49,406 bases of DNA from an uncultured Campylobacter sp. (GCA_963523845.1 CAURFS010000001.1:1-49406); one strand, 5' to 3'. Counted from the first letter of the stretch, positions 36,666-47,493 are shown. Notes: generated from the letters alone by a model not told the origin. Numbers and translations are program-made.

Positions 36666-37131
36666 ATTTGCAAGGCGCGAGGGCAAAAACCTCTACGTAA
36701 TCGACGCGCAGGCTTGCAGAGACCGCAAAATCGGGCGCACGGATCGCTTCCGTAAAGTGGGGAGGGTGCTACAGGTCGAGACGGAGCGCTACTACCTCCC
36801 GCGCAACGATCCGATCACGCCCGAGCTGAAAGAGCGGATAGAGAGGCTGTATTACAAGGCGCGCGAACTTGTAGCAAGCGATTATGAGCTTGCGTGGATC
36901 GCGCACAAGGGCACGGGCTCGCCGCATATCAATGTCTTTCAGCGCTTTATACGTTTTCGATGGCATCGCGGCGCGAAGATAGTGGAGCGGATGTGCGAGA
37001 ACCTAGAGGCGCTTTTGGCAATGAGCGAGGAAGCGCGCGCGGAGTTTCTGGCTTGTGAGCTGGAGGCTATGAGCGAAGCAAAAAAAGGAAAACCAAATGA
37101 AGTTATACAACGATCATTTTCAAAATTTTAA
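36646..37131 (+). CDS. Hypothetical phage protein
   Basis: About 161 aa in operon. Confidence 0.65.
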   Translation: MWMNASEFARREGKNLYVIDAQACRDRKIGRTDRFRKVGRVLQVETERYYLPRNDPITPELKERIERLYYKARELVASDYELAWIAHKGTGSPHINVFQRFIRFRWHRGAKIVERMCENLEALLAMSEEARAEFLACELEAMSEAKKGKPNEVIQRSFSKF

Positions 37132-37846
37132 GCGCTACGGCATACCCAAGGCGCAACTAGTGATCGCGGACATCCCTTATAATCTAGGAAACAACGCTTA
37201 CGCTAGCAACCCTGTGTGGTATGTGGGCGGCGATAACGCAAATGGGGAAAGCAAACTGGCGGGTAAAAGCTTCTTTGACACGGATGAAAATTTTAAAGTC
37301 GCTGAGTTCATGCATTTTTGTTCCAAAATGCTAATTAAAGAGCCTAAAGAGGCTGGACGAGCGCCTGCGATGATAGTATTTTGTGCTTTCGAGCAACAAG
37401 CGCCGCTAATAGAGCTTGCTGCGCGCTATGGCTTTGCGCACTACATAAATTTAGTATTCCGCAAAAAGTCATCCTCGCAGGTTCTGAAAGCCAATATGCG
37501 AATAGTTGGCAATTGTGAATACGGTCTCATCTTTTACCGTGACAAGCTCCCTAAATTTAACGGGGGTGGCAGGATGAGAATGAACTGCATAGACTGGGTT
37601 AGCGACGGCGCAAACGTGCCCAAAGTCCACCCCACGCAAAAGCCCGTGAAGCTACTTGAATATCTTATTTCGCTATTTACCGACGCGGGGGATGTAGTGA
37701 TTGATCCGTGCGCGGGGAGCGGTAGCACTCTAGTCGCAGCGGAAAATTTAGGGCGTAAATCTTACGGATTTGAGATCAAAAAGGATTTTTTTAAGGCAGC
37801 GCACGAACGCATGTTTAAAGCCGTGCAGAAAAAGCTATTTATATGA
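37097..37846 (+). CDS. N6/N4 DNA methyltransferase (beta-type order)
   Basis: DIPY, HPTQKP and DPCAGSGST motifs. Confidence 0.92.
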   Translation: MKLYNDHFQNFKRYGIPKAQLVIADIPYNLGNNAYASNPVWYVGGDNANGESKLAGKSFFDTDENFKVAEFMHFCSKMLIKEPKEAGRAPAMIVFCAFEQQAPLIELAARYGFAHYINLVFRKKSSSQVLKANMRIVGNCEYGLIFYRDKLPKFNGGGRMRMNCIDWVSDGANVPKVHPTQKPVKLLEYLISLFTDAGDVVIDPCAGSGSTLVAAENLGRKSYGFEIKKDFFKAAHERMFKAVQKKLFI

Positions 37847-38346
37847 AGGAGTATCTGATGAAAGAAATTAAATTTAGAGCGTTTTTGCGCTCTGATCAAA
37901 GGTTACCGAACGGAATAACGTTAGGATATGAGAAATATCCAAAAGGGATATACGAGGTGATGGAACTAAATTTTGCAAATGAAACAGCTACGCTATGGAG
38001 CGAAAAAGAGCAAACCTGCTTCGAGGTTTCTTTCCGCAAAATCGAGCTAATGCAATATACAGGTATAAATGACAAAAACGGCAAAGAAATTTACGAGAGC
38101 GATATAGTCGTATATTTTTATGAAGGGCTTGGGAGGGAAGGCAGGGTTATATTGGATGAAGGCAAATTTTTAATAATAGATCTGAGAGCCAAGGACGGCG
38201 ACGATGCTTCCGACTGGGATGCCGTCGAATTATATGAGGTCTCCATCACGAGGCATTCCGAGCTTGAAGTTATTGGCCCCATATTCAAACTGCTGATGGA
38301 GAACACAAAAGAGAGAAAGGAACTAAAATGGGACAAAGGCTTGTAA
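37843..38346 (+). CDS. YopX-family protein
   Basis: EIKFRA, LMQYTGINDKNGKEIYESDIV and LEVIG motifs. Confidence 0.88.
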   Translation: MKEYLMKEIKFRAFLRSDQRLPNGITLGYEKYPKGIYEVMELNFANETATLWSEKEQTCFEVSFRKIELMQYTGINDKNGKEIYESDIVVYFYEGLGREGRVILDEGKFLIIDLRAKDGDDASDWDAVELYEVSITRHSELEVIGPIFKLLMENTKERKELKWDKGL

Positions 38347-39050
38347 TCCAGTTGAAAAAGAATAACGAGGTGCAGTCAAACTGCTATTATCACTGGGCGG
38401 GATTTTTAGACCGAGCGCTGCCTTTAGTTAAAAAAACGCTCAATTCTTTGATTGAGCTCCGCAGGGTGGATTTGTCTTTGCAGCAAAAGCTTGGTCCGTA
38501 TATCCAAATGCTCAGCCAGATGTCAATACAAATAAGGCGGATTGATCCCAAAGATAAGGACAAGAGGATCGAAGAGATAGTTAAATTTGATCCAAATACT
38601 ATAACAGAGGAAGACTTCAAGGACGATAAGCTGGATTTTCTTTTGGCGCACAAATCAACCGGCGCAACACAAAGCAAGGAATATTTGCCATATTTTCTTG
38701 GGAGGAGCTTGCCTTTTAATGAAAGGGCAGATAGGAGCTCGGGCTTGATTTCTTTAGACCGAAAATTTATATGCGAATTTCTGTATTCCGCCGAGCAAAT
38801 AGTAGATATCCACATAGACTACGGCGGCGAGCCCTATGCGAATATTATCAATCTGTTTGAAGTTTGCCCCGAGGAGGAATGGAAACAAAAGGTAAAAAGA
38901 GAGGATTTCGTAAAAATCCCTAGCTCGTTGGACCTATCGCACCTAACAAAGGACGAGATGAATACCTTTTCGTTCTTTCTTAACGATGTTTCGTTCAGCA
39001 TCCCCGCTTTTGAGTGGAGAGATCAAATATTAATAGCGGCAGCATACTAG
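38328..39050 (+). CDS. Hypothetical phage protein
   Basis: 240 aa, MGQR..YYHW start, AAGGA RBS. Confidence 0.75.
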   Translation: MGQRLVIQLKKNNEVQSNCYYHWAGFLDRALPLVKKTLNSLIELRRVDLSLQQKLGPYIQMLSQMSIQIRRIDPKDKDKRIEEIVKFDPNTITEEDFKDDKLDFLLAHKSTGATQSKEYLPYFLGRSLPFNERADRSSGLISLDRKFICEFLYSAEQIVDIHIDYGGEPYANIINLFEVCPEEEWKQKVKREDFVKIPSSLDLSHLTKDEMNTFSFFLNDVSFSIPAFEWRDQILIAAAY

Positions 39051-39066
39051 ACGAAAGGAGAATAGA

Positions 39067-39297
39067 ATGCTAAATTTCATATTCTGGGGCATAACGCTCA
39101 ACTGTTACACATTTACGATACTTGTTCTTGTTGCAGGAAGAATGCATCTTAAAAGCAAACGCGCGTCTCTGCATTTTGCAATAGGCATATTGATGCCATA
39201 TTTTCTGTTTGTATTAACCATTGTGCTTTCCTTAATATGGGCCTTTTGCGGCTTCGACATTGGCAAGGTAGAGGCGTGGTTGGAGAAAAGACTATGA
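39067..39297 (+). CDS. Small two-TM membrane protein
   Basis: 76 aa, AAGGAG RBS. Confidence 0.7.
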   Translation: MLNFIFWGITLNCYTFTILVLVAGRMHLKSKRASLHFAIGILMPYFLFVLTIVLSLIWAFCGFDIGKVEAWLEKRL

Positions 39298-39530
39298 AAA
39301 ATTTTTTAATCAAAATGTATCGTGCGCTCCCGTCTTTCGATTGCCCGACCTTATATAATGTGCTTCTTGGGCTTTGTGCCATCCCGACAGGAATAGGAAT
39401 TTTTCTTATTGCGGTAATGTATGTTTTTGACAATATTATTTTTTGGCGAATGATCCATGTGTTAGCCTTACTTGTTATTTTCCAACTTGTGATAGTAGCA
39501 ATGGCGGCGTATTTTAAGGATAAAGAATGA
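39294..39530 (+). CDS. Small two-TM membrane protein
   Basis: 78 aa from ATG at 39294, ATGA overlap. Confidence 0.65.
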   Translation: MKNFLIKMYRALPSFDCPTLYNVLLGLCAIPTGIGIFLIAVMYVFDNIIFWRMIHVLALLVIFQLVIVAMAAYFKDKE

Positions 39531-39691
39531 GCAGCCCAGATCGTGAAAAAGAGCGCGAGATGCTGCGCAAGATAGACGATTTCGCGCAGAGACACAATGA
39601 AAAAGGCGTGCTCGTGGAAAAGATACATCAAAAGCTTTTTAGCCTAAATTTGAAACAACTAAAGGAAATTTTAAAAAGGATGGGGAAATGA
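39527..39691 (+). CDS. Small phage protein (54 aa, not in ORF track)
   Basis: ATGA overlaps at both ends. Confidence 0.6.
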   Translation: MSSPDREKEREMLRKIDDFAQRHNEKGVLVEKIHQKLFSLNLKQLKEILKRMGK

Positions 39692-39885
39692 ACGATAAAT
39701 TTATAACCAAAGCCGAAGCCCTAAAAGAGCTCGGCATTTCCGCGCGCTCGCTTTATGACAAAGTAAAGCAGGGCGTAATAATAGCCAACAAGGTCAATTC
39801 GCGGGTGATCTACTACTCGCTTAAGTCTATCCGCGCTTACAAATCAGGACAAGCCGTCCAAAAAGTCGCTCCACCATTGCATTAA
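39688..39885 (+). CDS. Excisionase-like HTH protein
   Basis: EALKELGISARSLY motif; adjacent to integrase. Confidence 0.8.
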   Translation: MNDKFITKAEALKELGISARSLYDKVKQGVIIANKVNSRVIYYSLKSIRAYKSGQAVQKVAPPLH

Positions 39886-41031
39886 TGCCGCGCGCTGCTT
39901 TAAATTTTTGGCGTGGTTATAGGCGTCTTTTACCTTATTTTTTTCAACGTGCGCGAGGCACAGCTCGATTACGTCGCTGCTCTGCCCGTGCTCGTCTTGT
40001 CTTTCGTGAGCTATCGTGCTAAATGTAGCGCGGAAGCCGTGCGGCGTAATCATCTCATTACTAAAACCTAAATTTCGCAGCATCGAGCGGACTGTATTGT
40101 CGCTGATCGGGCGAATATTCGACTTGACCGACGGAAAGATAAGATCGCTTTTTAGCGGCGAGCTCGCGCGATAATCCGAGAGCAGTTTTTTCGCACTATC
40201 GCTTAAAAACACCTCGTGAGCTTTGCCGTTTTTCATTTTGCTAGCGGGTATGCTCCATAGGCTATTTTTAAAATCTATCTCGTCCCACGTAGCAAAGCGC
40301 GCATTTTCGCCCCGCACCGTGGTATAAAGCATAAATAGCGCGCATACCTTTATCCTCTCGTCCCCGAAATACCCCTTTATCGCTTTTATTAAATTTCTAA
40401 TCTCTTCCTCGTTTTTAAAATACGCAAAATGTCTAATCTGCCGCTTGCCGATCAGCGCGGTTTTGTCAATATCGGCGATGATATTATGCTCTACGTATTC
40501 GTGGAGCAGGGCAAATTTATAAAAGCCGTTTAGCATACCCAAAACCTTTTTAGCGGTTTCTTGTTTCTCGTCCTCTAAAAGAGGGGCAAGGGTGTTTATT
40601 ACGTCTTTTCTGCTTATCTCCTTAATATCCGCGTCGCCTAGTTTAGGCAGCAGCAACGCCTCAAATCTCCTTTTTATCCAAAACAGATGCTTTTCATTAA
40701 TTTTATTCTTTGTTTTTATCCACTCGGCGTATATTGCGCGCAGGGTAGTCCTGCTTTCGTCTTTTGAAATATCTACGCCGTCTAATAGCTGCTTTTTAAG
40801 CTCGTTTCGCTTTTCTCTGGCTTCGGCTAGGCTTATGTCGCCTAGTTTGCCGATCGTAATTCTTTGGCGCTTATTCGTTAGCTTGTTGCGGAATTCGTAG
40901 ATGAAAAATTTATTTCCGTTGGGCATTATTTTTAATAGCAGGTTGTCGCTATCGCTTACAAAATACGGCTTATCTTTGGGCTTTAAATTTTTAACTTGGG
41001 TTATCGTGAGCTGTGACGATAGTTTAGGCAT
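39844..41031 (-). CDS. int: Tyrosine integrase (P4-like, with arm-binding domain)
   Basis: VRGEN, MK, HGFR, LAH and AY catalytic residues; N-terminal arm-binding domain. Confidence 0.95.
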   Translation of the reverse strand: MPKLSSQLTITQVKNLKPKDKPYFVSDSDNLLLKIMPNGNKFFIYEFRNKLTNKRQRITIGKLGDISLAEAREKRNELKKQLLDGVDISKDESRTTLRAIYAEWIKTKNKINEKHLFWIKRRFEALLLPKLGDADIKEISRKDVINTLAPLLEDEKQETAKKVLGMLNGFYKFALLHEYVEHNIIADIDKTALIGKRQIRHFAYFKNEEEIRNLIKAIKGYFGDERIKVCALFMLYTTVRGENARFATWDEIDFKNSLWSIPASKMKNGKAHEVFLSDSAKKLLSDYRASSPLKSDLIFPSVKSNIRPISDNTVRSMLRNLGFSNEMITPHGFRATFSTIAHERQDEHGQSSDVIELCLAHVEKNKVKDAYNHAKNLKQRAALMQWWSDFLDGLS

Positions 41032-41040
41032 TGTGCATCC

Positions 41041-41109
41041 TTTTAGCTGACTAGCGGCGGCAAATTTTGGCTATTTTTCTTGGGTAGTCAGCCAAATAGT
41101 CAGCAAAAA
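41041..41109. promoter_or_regulatory. Putative integrase arm-type binding sites
   Basis: TTTTAGCTGACTA (inverse, 41041-41053), TAGTCAGCC (41085), TAGTCAGCAAAAA (41097). Confidence 0.65.
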
Positions 41110-41240
41110 ATCGCCGCTGTTAGTTTCTTTTAGCTGCTTTTTATTGCCGTAAGTTTATGAAAAAATGCTTTAAAATATCATAAAAATCGAGATTTTACTG
41201 CTGTAACTTGCAGGTCTTTTCTGTGTGTTTCTTGAAGTAA

Positions 41241-41328
41241 TGGCAGATGGGAAGGGATTCGAACCCTCGAAAGCTTGCACTTTACACGCGTTCCAGGCGT
41301 GCTCCTTCAACCGCTCGGACACCCATCT
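41241..41328 (-). tRNA. tRNA-Ser (GGA), prophage integration target
   Basis: AGATGGG/CCCATCT acceptor, CT-GGA-AC loop, long variable arm, GGTTCGAATCC, GCCA end. Confidence 0.97.
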
Positions 41329-41729
41329 AAATTAAAAGTCGCGATTATAGCGAAAATCTAAAATTTTGCCAAATTCCGTTTCGGCGCGCAACCGCTCGCC
41401 TTTAAATTTAAAACGTGACGCTTGGAATTTCGCCGCAGCGTTTGGAATTTTATCGTGCCGCTTAAAATTCTGCCGTGCTGCTTGAAATTCTATCGAGCCG
41501 CTAAGCCAGTCCGCTTCGCGCTTTCTAGCCGAGCGGCGATTTTATTAGGCTGCGCTATTTTTAAATTTAGATTATCTTTGAAATTTGGACTTATCGCCCG
41601 CCGCGGGGCTAAATTTAAAAAGCGCAAGTAGATTTTTTCTTTCATACATCCGCTTGCGCCGTAAAAGCCGGGCTGTGCTTAAAATTTACGGGTATTTTAA
41701 AATTTCGCGCCGCCCGTAAATTTATAAAG

Positions 41730-43187
41730 CTAATTAAAAATTCTATCCTTCGGGAAGGCGGACATATCGGGCTGCACGTCCTTATCTGCGCCGATAAGCG
41801 CCTTTATTTCGCTATCCTCGATGCTAAAGCCGCCGCCAAGCGCCTTGTAGGCGTTTACCGTCGCGCTTAGCACGTCAAGATCGGCCTGCACTTTATTTAG
41901 CTGCGCGCTAAGCAGGTTTCGCTGTGAATCCAAAAACTCCAGATGATCGCTGTAGCCCGCCTGATACCTGCTTGAGGCGTTTGAATAAATTTTGCTCTGC
42001 GAAGCGACGAGATCGGCGAGGCTTGCCTGTCTTAGTTTGGCGTTTTGCACGTCTACAAGCGCGTCGCGAACATCGCCGAAAGCGGTTTTAAGTGCTTTGT
42101 CGTAAGCGATGAAGCTTGCGTTTTGCTCTAAATTTGCAAGCTCTACGCGCCTTTTTTGGCGGCCGAAATCAAGCAGCGGTCCTGCGAGCGAGCCGCCGAT
42201 ACTCCACGTGCTCGCGTTTGCGGTAAACAGCCTGTCGAACTCGCCGCTTGCGTATCCCGCCGAGCCCGTAAGCGAGAAAGTAGGGAAGTAGCCCGCCTTG
42301 GCGACGCCCACTAAGAAGTTGCTTGAGCGCAGATTTTCGAGCGAGCTTGCGACGTCCGGGCGGTGCAGGATCACGTCGCTTGGGATTCCGCTTGGGATCT
42401 GCGGCGCGCTAGGCATTTTCGCAGCGGTCTGCGGCGCACCGCGTAAAATTTCATCGTAGCTCTTGCCTGTTAGGATATTTAGCGAGGTCTGCGCCGCGGA
42501 GAGCTGATTTTGCACGCTTATCAGGCTTGTCTCGGCGCTTTGGACCGCAGCTTTAGCTTGATAAAATACGATCTCGCTAACCGCGCCCGCATCGAGCTGC
42601 TTTTTGCGGTAGTTTTGCGTATCCTGATAGCTTTTTAGGCTGTCTTTTAAAATTTGTTCCTGCTGCTTTAACGCCAGTAGCGTAAAATAGGTCGTTGCAA
42701 CCGTGCTAGTGATCGTGTTTTTGGCGGTTTCGTAGTCGTATTTCGTCGCATTAAATCGCGATCGCGCCGAATCTACGCTGTTGCGCACGCGCCCCCAAAG
42801 ATCTATCTCGTAGCTTAGCACGGCGCCGATCTGATACGCGCCGTGGGAGTTGCGATCGGGCTGGTTGCCGAAATTATTTTGGCGCACCGCGCTGCCGCTT
42901 AAATTTACGTTCGGCAGGTACCCGAGCTTGCTTAGCCCTAAATTTACGCGCGCATACTCGACGTTATTCAGCGCGGTTTGCAGATCGGAATTTTGCTCCA
43001 GCGCGCTTTGGATCAGGGCGTTTAGCTGCGGATCGTTAAAGCTTTTCCACCACTGCGTGCTAACGTTCGTGCTCGCGTAATCCGCCTTAAAGCCGGTATG
43101 TTTTTGCGGCGTGACGGGCTTGAAGTTGCAGCCGCAGAGTAAAATTCCAAGCGTCAAGGCGCTTAAAAGGGCGTTATTTATTTTCAT
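41730..43187 (-). CDS. cmeC: RND efflux outer-membrane lipoprotein
   Basis: Lipobox, WWKSFNDPQL, YEIDLWGR, RPDV and YKALGGG motifs. Confidence 0.9.
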   Translation of the reverse strand: MKINNALLSALTLGILLCGCNFKPVTPQKHTGFKADYASTNVSTQWWKSFNDPQLNALIQSALEQNSDLQTALNNVEYARVNLGLSKLGYLPNVNLSGSAVRQNNFGNQPDRNSHGAYQIGAVLSYEIDLWGRVRNSVDSARSRFNATKYDYETAKNTITSTVATTYFTLLALKQQEQILKDSLKSYQDTQNYRKKQLDAGAVSEIVFYQAKAAVQSAETSLISVQNQLSAAQTSLNILTGKSYDEILRGAPQTAAKMPSAPQIPSGIPSDVILHRPDVASSLENLRSSNFLVGVAKAGYFPTFSLTGSAGYASGEFDRLFTANASTWSIGGSLAGPLLDFGRQKRRVELANLEQNASFIAYDKALKTAFGDVRDALVDVQNAKLRQASLADLVASQSKIYSNASSRYQAGYSDHLEFLDSQRNLLSAQLNKVQADLDVLSATVNAYKALGGGFSIEDSEIKALIGADKDVQPDMSAFPKDRIFN

Positions 43188-46100
43188 CGTTCACCTCGTT
43201 AGTTTGGACTTTTTTACCGCGTCTATCAAGCCAAGCGTTGAAGCTTTCGAGCAGGTAGAAAAACAGCGGCACGAAAAAGATCGCGATCGTAGATGCCGCG
43301 AGCATTCCGCCTACGACGCCGGTTCCTAGCGCATGGCGGCTAGCCGCGCCCGCGCCAGTGGCGATAACCATCGGAAGCACGCCCAGACCGAACGCAAGGC
43401 TCGTCATCACGATAGGGCGAAACCTCATCTTGGCGGCCTCTACGGCGGCTTCAGCGATAGGGCGGTGGTTGTTTAGGTGCTCATTCATCGCAAATTCTAC
43501 GATCAAAATCGCGTTTTTCGCCGCCAGACCGATTAGAAGTAGCAAACCGATCTGAAAATATATGTCGTTATTCAGCCCGCGGAAATATGTAAACACGAGC
43601 GCGCCGAATACCGAAAACGGCACGGCGGTAAGTACGGCAAGCGGCATGAGCCACCTTTCGTATTGAGCCGCCAGGATCAAAAACACGAAGATCATTCCAA
43701 ATACAAACGCCTGCGCGCCCTTGCCCGTCTCGCTGACCTCTTGATACGCAGAGCCCGCCCAGCCGATAGAATATCCGCTAGGAAGCTCCTCTTTTATGAC
43801 CTCTTGGATCGCGGCAATCGCCTGACCCGAGGTATAACCCGTATTTGGCTCGCCCATAATCTGCGCTGCTGGGAAGGCGTTAAATCTATTAACGGAATCA
43901 GGACCCAGCGAGCGCTCAAGTCTCACTAAAGAATTTAACGGTATCAGATCGCTACTAGCGCTGCGGACGTAGAGCGATTTTAGATCGTTAGGATCGTCTC
44001 TGTAGTTTTGCGTAGCGCGGATATAGACCTTGAACGTGCGACCCATAAGGTTAAAGTCGTTGATGTAATACTGCCCGATGGTAGAATTTAGCACGGTGAA
44101 AATGTCGGCTATCTTAACGCCTAGCATCTTTACCTTCTCTTTATCGACGTAGAGCTTATACTGCGGGAAATCGGTATCCAGCGTCGTTCGCACTAGTTTT
44201 AAAGCGGGATGTTGGTTAGCTTTGGCGGTTACGCGATCCATATCGGCGCGAATTTCATCGTAGCTCTTGCCCGTCGTGCTTTGCGCGTAGAGCTCAAATC
44301 CGCCCGTAAGCGAAAGCCCCATAATAGGAGGCGGCGTAACGACGTAAGTCATCGAGTTGCGATCGGCGCCGTAGAGCTGCCCGTTTAGCGCAGCAGCTAT
44401 GGCGAAGTTGGAATTTTCATCGCCGGGGCGCTCCTTCCAGTCCTTTAACTTCATAAAAAAAGCTCCCGCATTTTCTCTAAGCGCTCCGGCTAGCATATCG
44501 TATCCCGTGATTTGGGTTATATCTTTTACGTTTGGATACTTTTTAGCGATACTTGCGATGAAATCCTGATCGGCTTCCGTCCTAGGTAGAGTAGATGCCG
44601 AGGGAAGCGTAGTCATTGCCATAATCGAGCCTTTGTCCTCGTTAGGCACCAGGCCGCTAGGAGTGAGCACAAGAAGCTTCACCATCGCATAGATGATGAT
44701 GCCTACAAAAACGAGGCTGATTAGTACGTGGCGCAAAACCATGTCGACGCCTGCGGCGTAAATTTTAGTTGAGATGCTAAAAAGATTATTAAACCATCTT
44801 ATAAAGAAAAAAGGCTCAGATTCCATTTTTTGCAAGATTAGAGCGCAAAGTGCGGGCGTTAGCGTAAGGGCTACGAAGCCTGAAAAACATACCGAGGCTA
44901 CGAGCGTTAATGCAAATTGCCTCTGCATAACCCCAGTAAAGCCTTCCATAAACGCAACCGGCACGAAAACCGCCGAAAGCACGAGCACGATAGAGATGAC
45001 GGGCGCTACGATCTCGCCCATCGCCTTCGTGGTAGCCTCTTTGACGCTAAGATCCGGCTCTTCGTGCAAAATTCTCTCTACGTTTTCGATCACGATAATG
45101 GCGTCGTCCACGACGATGCCGATAGCTAAAATAAGCGCAAAAAGAGTGATTAAATTTATAGAAAATCCGAAGGCGTAAATTCCGATAAACGCGCCGCAGA
45201 TCGATACGGGCGCAGCAAGCGTCGGAATGATCGTCGCTCTAAGGTTCCCTAAGAACATATACATAACGATGATGACGAGGATTAACGCTTCAATGAAAGT
45301 ATGAATGACCTCTTCGATCGATACTTTTACGAAGCTAGTCGTATCGTAGGCGACGTCGTAGGTCAGCTCGCCTGGGAAATTTGGTTTAAGCTCGTCTATG
45401 CGCTTATTTACCGCTTCAACTACGGCTAGGGCGTTGGCGCCACTTTGCATAAAGATAAGCACAGGCACCATCTCTTTACCGTTAAATTTCGCCGAGATAT
45501 TGTAGCTTGCGCCGCCAAGTTTGACCTCGGCGACATCTTTTACGCGCAAGAAATTCCCATCTTTTTGCGCGCGTATGATGATATTTTCAAACTCTTCGAC
45601 GGTTTTTAAACGACCCTCGGGCTTGATCGCATAGACGTAGGGATTGCCTAAGTTCATCGGCTGCTCGCCCATCTTACCCGCGGCGTATTGGCTATTTTGC
45701 TCACTTATTGCGGCGATTATCTCGGCGGTCGTAACGTTAAATTTCTTAAGTAGCTCGGGCTTTACCCAGATCCTCATAGCATAGTCTTTCGTACCCAGCG
45801 CTTGAGCTTCGCCGACGCCCGGCACGCGCTTTAGCTCATCTACGACGTTGATAGCTACGTAGTTTTGCATCTCTACGACGTCCATCTGCTCGCTAGGATC
45901 GTAAAAGGCAAGCACTTCCAGCATCGTGCTGCTGCGCTCGGTGACGGTTACGCCATAGCGGCGCACTTCATCGGGAAGCAGCGTAAGAGCTGGCGTGACG
46001 CGGTTGTTTACATTGACTTTCGCATCTGCTGGATTTGTGCCGATTTGAAAATATACGTTGATACGAACATCGCCGGAGGAGCTTGCTGAGCTTTCCATAT

Positions 46101-46332
46101 AGATCATATTTTCAACGCCGTTGATCGCGTTTTCAAGAGGGGCTGCGACGACGTCGGCAATCGTCTGCGCATCCGCGCCGCTATATGTAGCACTTACGAC
46201 GATTTGCGGCGGCGTGAGCTGCGGATACTCCTCGACGGAAGAATTTTTAAGAGCCAAAACGCCCGCGATTACGATTATGATCGAAACGACGCAGGCAAAA
46301 ACGGGGCGGTTGATGAAAAATTTAGAAAACAT
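43174..46332 (-). CDS. cmeB: RND efflux inner-membrane transporter
   Basis: FINRPVFA, GIVVDDAIIVIENVER, KNAILIVEFA and RFRPIVMTS motifs. Confidence 0.95.
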   Translation of the reverse strand: MFSKFFINRPVFACVVSIIIVIAGVLALKNSSVEEYPQLTPPQIVVSATYSGADAQTIADVVAAPLENAINGVENMIYMESSASSSGDVRINVYFQIGTNPADAKVNVNNRVTPALTLLPDEVRRYGVTVTERSSTMLEVLAFYDPSEQMDVVEMQNYVAINVVDELKRVPGVGEAQALGTKDYAMRIWVKPELLKKFNVTTAEIIAAISEQNSQYAAGKMGEQPMNLGNPYVYAIKPEGRLKTVEEFENIIIRAQKDGNFLRVKDVAEVKLGGASYNISAKFNGKEMVPVLIFMQSGANALAVVEAVNKRIDELKPNFPGELTYDVAYDTTSFVKVSIEEVIHTFIEALILVIIVMYMFLGNLRATIIPTLAAPVSICGAFIGIYAFGFSINLITLFALILAIGIVVDDAIIVIENVERILHEEPDLSVKEATTKAMGEIVAPVISIVLVLSAVFVPVAFMEGFTGVMQRQFALTLVASVCFSGFVALTLTPALCALILQKMESEPFFFIRWFNNLFSISTKIYAAGVDMVLRHVLISLVFVGIIIYAMVKLLVLTPSGLVPNEDKGSIMAMTTLPSASTLPRTEADQDFIASIAKKYPNVKDITQITGYDMLAGALRENAGAFFMKLKDWKERPGDENSNFAIAAALNGQLYGADRNSMTYVVTPPPIMGLSLTGGFELYAQSTTGKSYDEIRADMDRVTAKANQHPALKLVRTTLDTDFPQYKLYVDKEKVKMLGVKIADIFTVLNSTIGQYYINDFNLMGRTFKVYIRATQNYRDDPNDLKSLYVRSASSDLIPLNSLVRLERSLGPDSVNRFNAFPAAQIMGEPNTGYTSGQAIAAIQEVIKEELPSGYSIGWAGSAYQEVSETGKGAQAFVFGMIFVFLILAAQYERWLMPLAVLTAVPFSVFGALVFTYFRGLNNDIYFQIGLLLLIGLAAKNAILIVEFAMNEHLNNHRPIAEAAVEAAKMRFRPIVMTSLAFGLGVLPMVIATGAGAASRHALGTGVVGGMLAASTIAIFFVPLFFYLLESFNAWLDRRGKKVQTNEVNDENK

Positions 46333-47459
46333 TATTTCCCGCTTTCCGCATTGCTCTGAGATGCTTCAGGCTGTCCCGCTACGTAAGGATCGGTGCTTGC
46401 GGGTACGGGAGTTACCTTGGAGCCTACGTTGATCTTTTTAAAATTATCCAAAATGATCTGATCGCCGTCCTGCAGCCCGCTTGAGATCGTCGCCGTGCGG
46501 GTATCTTGAGCTGCGATTTTGACCACTTTTTTTGCTACCTTTCCGTCTTGCACGACATAGACTATGGTGTTGCTAAGATCTTGCTTGAGCGCAACTTGCG
46601 GAATTTTAAAGCCGTTTTTCTGATAAAAGCCATCGACGCTTACTTTAGTAAAAATTCCAGGGCGAATTTCTAAGCTTGGATTTGGAATTTGAGCCTTGGC
46701 GCTGACTGACGCTGTGTTTGTATTGATGACGCTATCGATGAAGCTTAGCGTGCCGTTGTAGTCCTTGCCGCCGAGATTTATGCTTACCTGACGGCCTAGC
46801 TGCTTCCACTGCCCGTTTTTTAAATTTGCATCAAGCTCCAGTCTATCGACGTCCGCGATGCCGAATTCCACGTCGATCGGATCAAATTTGCTAAGGCGCA
46901 CCAGATCCTCGCCCACGTTTACGTACGCGCCCACGTCCTTTTGCGTATCGCCCGCCATGCCGTCAAAAGGCGCGGTCACGAGCGAGTGATCAAGATCGAT
47001 CTTGGCGCTTTTAAAATTTGCTTCAGCCACCATAAACGCGGCCTTTGCGGTGTCGAAATCCTTTTGAGAGATCGTGTTGCTAGCTTTTAGCGCCTTGGCT
47101 CTTTTGTAGTCCGCCGAGGCGTTTTGCAGATTAGCGTTTGCGCTGTCAAACGCCGCTTGGTAGCGCGAGCGGTCGATCTCGTAGAGCACGTCGCCCTTTT
47201 TGACGCTGTGCCCCGGCTCGAAAAGTTGCTTTTCGATAGTGCCCGAAACCTGCGGCTTTAGCATTATCTCAAGCTCGCTTACGGTCTGTCCGTTAAATTT
47301 CAAAATTATCGGCACGTCGGCGGATTTGGCGGTAAATACGTCTACCGGCAGCGCGGGAGCCCCACCGCCTTGCTTCGCGCCTTTATTTTCCTTTTTTTCA
47401 AAATAGGAGCAGCCCGAAACTAAAAACGCTGCGAAAATCAAACTGGCGACTTTTTTCAT
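46332..47459 (-). CDS. cmeA: RND efflux periplasmic adaptor
   Basis: Lipobox VSGC, PQVSGTI, VTAPFDG; first gene of RND operon. Confidence 0.92.
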   Translation of the reverse strand: MKKVASLIFAAFLVSGCSYFEKKENKGAKQGGGAPALPVDVFTAKSADVPIILKFNGQTVSELEIMLKPQVSGTIEKQLFEPGHSVKKGDVLYEIDRSRYQAAFDSANANLQNASADYKRAKALKASNTISQKDFDTAKAAFMVAEANFKSAKIDLDHSLVTAPFDGMAGDTQKDVGAYVNVGEDLVRLSKFDPIDVEFGIADVDRLELDANLKNGQWKQLGRQVSINLGGKDYNGTLSFIDSVINTNTASVSAKAQIPNPSLEIRPGIFTKVSVDGFYQKNGFKIPQVALKQDLSNTIVYVVQDGKVAKKVVKIAAQDTRTATISSGLQDGDQIILDNFKKINVGSKVTPVPASTDPYVAGQPEASQSNAESGK

Positions 47460-47493
47460 GTAATTTCCTCTAATTGGATTAAAATTTTGTATT

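Larger units (their letters stand above)
4741..41255. mobile_element. Integrated prophage, about 36.5 kb, lambdoid control region, short-tail-type virion module
   Basis: Bounded by a direct repeat of the tRNA-Ser 3' end; contains integrase, cI/cro, terminase, portal, capsid and lysis genes. Confidence 0.96.
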
